Origin: Candidatus Ozemobacteraceae bacterium
Lineage (GTDB): Bacteria; Muiribacteriota; Ozemobacteria; Ozemobacterales; Ozemobacteraceae
DNA: 64,000 bases
Reading direction: 5' to 3'
Assembly (NCBI GenBank): GCA_965140445.1
Contig: OZ223236.1
Coordinates: 2,176,001 to 2,240,000, forward strand
Part shown: positions 58,819 through 64,000 of the stretch, piece by piece
Layout: each line of letters starts with the position of its first letter
Numbering within the stretch: position 1 is the first letter of the stretch
Program-made: the position numbers and the translations under genes
Notes under the pieces: model-generated
Told to the model about the DNA's origin: nothing
Database searches by the model: none
The model's input: the letters and a program-made list of their open reading frames with translations, nothing else

Positions 58819-59289
58819 ATGAAAATCTCAAAACCAAATAGAATAAAACATGAGTATTCCCAGATTCTACTCGCTTCTCCAGAAGTGGTTTTTCCTCTGC
58901 TGTGCCCGGTTGAAGAAGAAAAGTGGGTTCCAGGCTGGAATCCGGATTTTGTAAAAAGCTTTTCAGGAGTAGCAGAACATAATTGCGTTTTTCAAACAAC
59001 CGAAAAATCTGTAAGCTCAGTATGGATCGTGAATTGCTTTGAACCTGAACCCCTGTATCTGGAAATGTATAAAGTCACTCCTGGTCATACAGTGGGCCAG
59101 CTATGCATCCAACTTTTTGCTCACAACCAAAAACAGACCAAGGCCGACATTTCATACGAATACACTTCGTTGAGCGAGACCGGAGACGAATTTCTGAAAA
59201 ACTTCACTTCAGATTACTACATCAAATTCATGCAAAACTGGGAGAACGCCATAAACCACTTCTTGAAAACCGGAGAGAAGATTGGTTAA
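58819..59289 (+). CDS. SRPBCC/START-like hypothetical protein
   Basis: ASPEVVFPLLCPVEEEKWVPGW N-terminus and C-terminal helix WENAINHFL. Confidence 0.65.
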   Translation: MKISKPNRIKHEYSQILLASPEVVFPLLCPVEEEKWVPGWNPDFVKSFSGVAEHNCVFQTTEKSVSSVWIVNCFEPEPLYLEMYKVTPGHTVGQLCIQLFAHNQKQTKADISYEYTSLSETGDEFLKNFTSDYYIKFMQNWENAINHFLKTGEKIG

Positions 59290-59355
59290 GACCAATCGGT
59301 AAAGCACTATATAGTTGAGTTTTTGATGCTTCTATCCAGACGCTGAAATGGGATA

Positions 59356-59832
59356 TTATTCGCCTATCCGCTTAATCATTGACATGTCAGTTATCTGGTA
59401 TCCTATTGCCTGGTATAAGTTGATGGCGGTTTTATTGTGACCAAATACATGGAGTGAAATGGTTTCTATACCAAGTTCTTTTACTTTTTCTTCCAGGGCG
59501 ACCATTGTCTGCTTGCCATAACCTTTTTTTCTGAATTCTTCATCAATCTGAAAATCACAGATAAAAGCAGTTGGCTTTGATGCCTGAATTCTTTCTGCAA
59601 ACCATATCATTCCAACTTTTGTGCAAGCATTGTCATCTACAACTGAAAATAGATGTTGTTTTTTTGATGCTAATCCATCAGGAAGGTGGTGGAGAAACTC
59701 TTTTTCAGATTTCTGAAGGGCTTCTTCTGGAGCCCAATTTCCAGCTTTTACATGCTCATCAGCATAAATTTTTGTGGAACGCTTATAGTAAATTTCAAAT
59801 TCGCTCTCTGTCATAGGAACTAATCGAACCAT
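59356..59832 (-). CDS. GNAT N-acetyltransferase
   Basis: VGMIWF, FRKKGYGK, LHVFGHN..AINLYQAIGY. Confidence 0.92.
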   Translation of the reverse strand: MVRLVPMTESEFEIYYKRSTKIYADEHVKAGNWAPEEALQKSEKEFLHHLPDGLASKKQHLFSVVDDNACTKVGMIWFAERIQASKPTAFICDFQIDEEFRKKGYGKQTMVALEEKVKELGIETISLHVFGHNKTAINLYQAIGYQITDMSMIKRIGE

Positions 59833-59910
59833 TCTTATTTTTCCTTTTTTTATATATCAAAAGACTTTAAACAGTATAAACCTGCCAAAAAAATGAGACA
59901 AGAATAAATC

Positions 59911-59960
59911 GGGAGGCGCCTTACTCAGTTCATTGATTTAAGTATGGTGTCCCCTTAATT
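59911..59960. repeat. Degenerate palindrome resembling a REP or transposon-end remnant
   Basis: gggaggcgccttact...agtatggtgtcccc imperfect inverted repeat. Confidence 0.35.
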
Positions 59961-60088
59961 ATCACCGAATTAAATCTCATTGAAAAGTCTGTCGGGTTTC
60001 TATATAAATAGGTGAATAGTTAGTAGGTAAATCCAGCTCAATGATTTGGATTTAAAGAAAATTTCTGCAAAATATAATTGAGGATAAA

Positions 60089-61522
60089 ATGAAAATGAAA
60101 AAAGCCACTTTTGCACTTTTGTTGATTTTCCTTGTTGCACTTTTAAATCCTGCTTTAAGTGAGAGCAACATTGAAGTCCCGGAACATCTTAAAAATTACA
60201 TAGACTGTGTTGAAAAGAAGATTCCTTACAAAAAAATAAGTGATAAAGAAGGTTTCCCTCTAATCCTTTCAAGAGAGAAATACATCGAAGACATAGACAT
60301 GATGGAATATCTTTTTGATAACGCTTACGCTGGAAAGGCTTATTGGGAAAAAAATGGCATGGATTTTAAAGCCTTTTTCCAGGAAAGAAGAGATAAAACC
60401 AAAAACGCTGATTGGATTGGTCTGGAAAAATTTATGGACGTTGTTGAAAAAGGTTTCGCACCTATTTGTGACAATCATATGAGCATAACTGGTTCAAGGC
60501 TTTTAAGATTCGGCAAGCACAAACAGGCATATTTTTCGAATCTTCTTGTTGGAAAGGTTGCTGCCGGGTTTGAGGTTTTATCAAGTCTGGAGCCTGAAGT
60601 TGCCACTGGAAGTATTTATACTGGAAGCAAAGACCTGTTGTTCCCGACTTTGAGCCCTGAAAGGTCAGAGCACTTTCTTGTCGGGACTTTTACTTTTGAA
60701 CCTGTAGAGACAATAGAGCTGAACTTTGGAAATAAGACGACTGTTGTTTCTGTCCATAAATGCCGTGCAGGCTCATTTGAGAATCCAGATGAAGAAGCAG
60801 TTAAACAAGAAAGAATAAAAGGTATTCCTGTTGTTTCCGTAAGAAGTTTTTCAGCTCCCCATGAAATTCTTGATAAATTTGCCAGGTCAGGTAGCAAATT
60901 TAGAAAGGAAAAAATCCTTGTCTATAACCTGATGAAAAACAGTGGGGGAGGGTCTGCTTATGGAGGGAAGTTTATCGAAAACCTAAATGATGTTGCAGAT
61001 TGGCGTCGAACAGGTGGAACGCTGGAGTCTGCCCCTACAATACAGGAAAAAGCTAAAACTCCTGAGGAAAATATGGGTTATGACAAAAAAGAATATCTTG
61101 AAGCAAAAATAAAGGCCAGAAATCCTGAATCTTGTTCATATCGTAGATGGTTACTTGCTCCGCCATACGGTGAACAGAAAAAAGGATCTTATAAGGGCAA
61201 GCTTATTGTAATTGGTAACAGAAGAGTCGCTTCAGCAGGTGAATCTGGAGTTGCTTACTGTCGATCCGTGAAAAACTGCATATTTGTTGGGGAAAACACC
61301 TATGGGATGGGGATGTTTGGGAATGCTGTCAAATATGTTTTACCAAATTCAAGAATTACTCTTCGACTTTGTAAATCCTTGTTTATAATGCCAGATTTTG
61401 AAGAAGGTGTTGGCTTTATACCTGATTTGTGGGTAGATTCTGCTGATACAGTTAACGAAATCATAGAGTGGTTAAAAAACCCAAAAAAATACCAGTTTAA
61501 GTTACATAAGGCCGAAAACTAA
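60089..61522 (+). CDS. S41 family peptidase (exported)
   Basis: Signal peptide, DNH, NSGGG, VASAGE, VGENTYG, EGVGFIPD. Confidence 0.82.
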   Translation: MKMKKATFALLLIFLVALLNPALSESNIEVPEHLKNYIDCVEKKIPYKKISDKEGFPLILSREKYIEDIDMMEYLFDNAYAGKAYWEKNGMDFKAFFQERRDKTKNADWIGLEKFMDVVEKGFAPICDNHMSITGSRLLRFGKHKQAYFSNLLVGKVAAGFEVLSSLEPEVATGSIYTGSKDLLFPTLSPERSEHFLVGTFTFEPVETIELNFGNKTTVVSVHKCRAGSFENPDEEAVKQERIKGIPVVSVRSFSAPHEILDKFARSGSKFRKEKILVYNLMKNSGGGSAYGGKFIENLNDVADWRRTGGTLESAPTIQEKAKTPEENMGYDKKEYLEAKIKARNPESCSYRRWLLAPPYGEQKKGSYKGKLIVIGNRRVASAGESGVAYCRSVKNCIFVGENTYGMGMFGNAVKYVLPNSRITLRLCKSLFIMPDFEEGVGFIPDLWVDSADTVNEIIEWLKNPKKYQFKLHKAEN

Positions 61523-61558
61523 TAGCAAAGGGTTTTAGGGAAAAATTAAAGCAAGTTA

Positions 61559-62383
61559 ATGAAGATCGCCACTGCCCAGAACAACATTCAAACTGACCCT
61601 GTAGAGAATGGTCAGGAAATCAGGCAATTAATGACCCAGGCACGTGATGCAGGTGCTGATTTGATCCATTTTCCTGAAGGGGCGATTTCTGGCTATGTCA
61701 AATCCCAAATCAAATCATGGGGAAATGTCGATTGGGAGATATTGCGAATAGAACTGCAAAGGACCGCAGAATTAGCTGGACGTCTTGGATTGTGGACGGT
61801 ATTGGGTTCCAATCATCAGTTAACCGAACCAAACCGACCTCACAACAGCATGTATATATTTTCAGCTGATGGCAAGTTGCACACTCGTTATGATAAGCAG
61901 TTTTGTTCCAATTCGGAAATCACTGACTGGTATACTCCTGGCATTAATTGCGTAACCTTTGAAGTCGATGGTTGGCGGTTTGGTTGTGCTCTTTGCATTG
62001 AAATTCAGTTTCCGGAACTTTTTATGGAATACGAACGCCAGAATATTGATTGTATGCTCTTTTCAGCCTATTCTGAATCAAAAATGTTTTCCATTCAAGC
62101 TCAGGCCCATGCTGCCTGTAATAACTATTGGCTTAGCTTTTCAGTTCCGACACAATGTAGCAAAAATACTCCTTCACAGATGATTGGCCCGGATGGCCGG
62201 GTTATTAATTCTTGTGAACCCTTGAAATCAGGCTTTGTTATTACAAGCCTAAATCGGGATTCGGAAGAATGGGAAATCCCAATCAAGCATGCAAGACCCT
62301 GGCGAAAAAAGGCACGAAATGGAGATATCTACAAATCAAAACTGGTAGATGACCCACGAAGTCGAAACAAAGGTATTCTGTAA
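61559..62383 (+). CDS. Carbon-nitrogen hydrolase (nitrilase superfamily)
   Basis: Catalytic triad motifs FPEG, YDK and ALCIE. Confidence 0.9.
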   Translation: MKIATAQNNIQTDPVENGQEIRQLMTQARDAGADLIHFPEGAISGYVKSQIKSWGNVDWEILRIELQRTAELAGRLGLWTVLGSNHQLTEPNRPHNSMYIFSADGKLHTRYDKQFCSNSEITDWYTPGINCVTFEVDGWRFGCALCIEIQFPELFMEYERQNIDCMLFSAYSESKMFSIQAQAHAACNNYWLSFSVPTQCSKNTPSQMIGPDGRVINSCEPLKSGFVITSLNRDSEEWEIPIKHARPWRKKARNGDIYKSKLVDDPRSRNKGIL

Positions 62384-62664
62384 AGTTAAACTTTTAAAGG
62401 GTTTTAAAGAATATTTGCAAACTGTTACTAAAAATTTTTGGATAAGCTATAACACTTATGATATCTGTCGTTTAAAGACAATTTGATTCTCAAACAAAAT
62501 CATATAAGCGTTTTTAAATAGTATTGCAGTTGCGGAAAAGGGAACCATGTTTGCTATTTTTTTGAATATAATTGATGAGACGATTATCACCAGCCTGTCC
62601 AAATGCCTTAACGGGTGGTAATTGTCGAGATTACAAAATATGGTCAATGGTAAATCTCACCGAA

Positions 62665-62781
62665 TTAGAAGAGATGAGAGCAGAGATAACTGCAGCTTCG
62701 GCACAGGAACTTTCCAGTCAGGCTCGGGAAATGCAAGGAGTTATTAACAAGTTTAGACCAAAAGAAGATGAGATCGTATAG
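62665..62781 (+). pseudogene. Remnant C-terminal end of a methyl-accepting chemotaxis protein
   Basis: AEITAASAQELSSQAREMQGVINKFR matches the last MCP methylation helix; the upstream sequence shows no MCP signalling domain. Confidence 0.55.
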
Positions 62782-62816
62782 ATCTTAGATTTTTAAAAAA
62801 GTCAGGGTTCTGAATA

Positions 62817-62860
62817 AACAAAACTCAACCGATCCTATTTTGAATTGGTTGAGTTTTGTT
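62817..62860. terminator. Long hairpin, probably a bidirectional terminator
   Basis: aacaaaactcaacc/ggttgagttttgtt. Confidence 0.65.
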
Positions 62861-62908
62861 GTTTCTGCAGAGTAAGAGATTTAAAGGAAGTAAAATTTAA
62901 GCCAGTAG

Positions 62909-64000
62909 TTACTCTAAATTAAAGGCTTCTAATAGAGCATTTAAAGGTATTTCAACCCAATCAGGACGATTGTTTAGCTCATAATTCAGTTCATACACCG
63001 CTTTTTCTATGCTTAGGAATGAAAGTATGTTTTCGAAAATCTCCTTTTTGCCTGGAACAGACTGGCAGCTTTCTGTTTCACTGAGATATCCTTTAATAAA
63101 GCTCTCCCTGGCCCATTTTTCCCAGTTTTGGTTATAGGCTTTCATGCGGTCATAAGAACCTGGTCGATCCTTTTGTATTCTCCGACATGCCGCTTCAGCA
63201 GCGTAATTAAGAGATCTAATCACGCCAGCGACATCTCTCAATGGGCAAAGCTTTGCTTTTCTTGCTGCAAGAGGTCTTGCTGGTTCACCTTCAAAATCAA
63301 TTATAATGAAGTCATTAGCAACCAACAAAATCTGACCTAGATGTAGATCGCCATGATGTCTGGTCTTTAGTAATCCAGCATCCTCTGGAACAAGGTTCGA
63401 CAATTTTTCAATTGCGAGAATCTCATTCTTGATTAATATGTGTATTTTTTCCTGAATTGATTCAGAAAGAGTCACATTGCGTTCTTTCAATTGTGAGACC
63501 GTTGAAATCAGAGATTCTTCTACCTTAAAGTGCCAGTTTCTCCAGTCTTCTTTGCTGATCTTTTCAGGCTTAAAATTATTATTATCAGTGTCTTTTGCTA
63601 GAGTCGTATGCATCTGACCAATTCTTTGGCCGAGAATGGACATCATGGAAAGATATAGATTATGAGATTCTTTTTCTTCATTTTGAGGTGGTGGGGTAAC
63701 CCAGGTTTCTTCATAACGGTCCAGGTAGTTTAGAGTAAAGGTCCAGAAGTCGTTTTGGTTATCAATGTATTCTTGCAGAATTCCCAGAGTGTAAGTTTCT
63801 TCTCCTACCAGCTCAATTGAACCGGCAACTCTGGCAATATTATTAAATTCCTTGGCCTCAGTTAAATAGCGTCCCATTTGAAGCTCAGGGTTTTCTCCTT
63901 CCTGAACTTGTCGATAAATCTTGAAAATGAATTTTTCACCAAAGAAAATCGAAGTGTTACTTTGCTCAATAATTGGGCGCTTAATGTCCAGGCTGCTGAT
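62909..64000 (-). CDS. Maltokinase (Pep2/Mak) domain, possibly the C-terminus of a TreS-Mak fusion (5' part outside the window)
   Basis: The frame stays open to the window end with EQSNTS and GENPE; RHHGDLHLGQ, IIDFEGEP, RDVAG, EKAVYELNYELNNRPDW. Confidence 0.9.
   Translation of the reverse strand: MSSLDIKRPIIEQSNTSIFFGEKFIFKIYRQVQEGENPELQMGRYLTEAKEFNNIARVAGSIELVGEETYTLGILQEYIDNQNDFWTFTLNYLDRYEETWVTPPPQNEEKESHNLYLSMMSILGQRIGQMHTTLAKDTDNNNFKPEKISKEDWRNWHFKVEESLISTVSQLKERNVTLSESIQEKIHILIKNEILAIEKLSNLVPEDAGLLKTRHHGDLHLGQILLVANDFIIIDFEGEPARPLAARKAKLCPLRDVAGVIRSLNYAAEAACRRIQKDRPGSYDRMKAYNQNWEKWARESFIKGYLSETESCQSVPGKKEIFENILSFLSIEKAVYELNYELNNRPDWVEIPLNALLEAFNLE

Noticed and set aside
62572..62781. 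The 69-aa ORF as an intact gene
   Set aside because: Only the last ~35 codons resemble an MCP tail and the N-terminal part looks non-coding, so it is treated as a remnant.
516..63340. Numerous 60-130 aa ORFs antisense to, or in alternative frames within, long genes
   Set aside because: They are shadow ORFs of well-supported genes, with no independent signals.
1..64000. Integrase, transposase, prophage, tRNA or rRNA genes
   Set aside because: No ORF shows tyrosine/serine recombinase, DDE or phage structural motifs, and no tRNA or rRNA-like sequence was recognised.

Overview
AT-rich bacterial chromosomal window. Anaerobic metabolism genes and large membrane HAMP/SpoIIE-type proteins suggest a Candidatus Riflebacteria-like organism; this is a tentative inference. 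Positions 1-38.7 kb look like core genome: a partial Cache/PAS sensor, a YtrA-type GntR/ABC operon, a double-ASKHA CoA-activase fusion, feoA-feoB-DtxR, a Ycf46-like AAA ATPase, cysE-cysK, a HEAT-repeat membrane protein and two degenerate HAMP-SpoIIE proteins. This part also holds an unusual CoA-dependent catabolic cluster: fdrA, a small FdrA-associated ORF, DUF1116 and a cyclase, then a GNAT-like protein, a thiolase lacking its catalytic Cys and DUF35. The cluster is split by a hybrid kinase whose phospho-His is replaced by Asn. Positions 38.9-62.8 kb are a patchwork of accessory genes: an OXA-48-like class D beta-lactamase, GNATs, MBOAT/SGNH, a methyltransferase, a serine hydrolase, TerB-TPR, an S41 peptidase and a nitrilase. 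They include a defence islet of Gabija (gajA/gajB), an integron-type attC site, an uncharacterised HEPN + Zn-ribbon gene, a broken RelE-like toxin and its intact antitoxin. The window ends in a maltokinase domain. Features absent from the ORF track include a sigma28-driven 46-aa ORF, a candidate sRNA and REP-like palindromes. No rRNA, tRNA, CRISPR array, integrase or transposase was recognised. Protein calls rest on motifs read by eye; no database searches were run.
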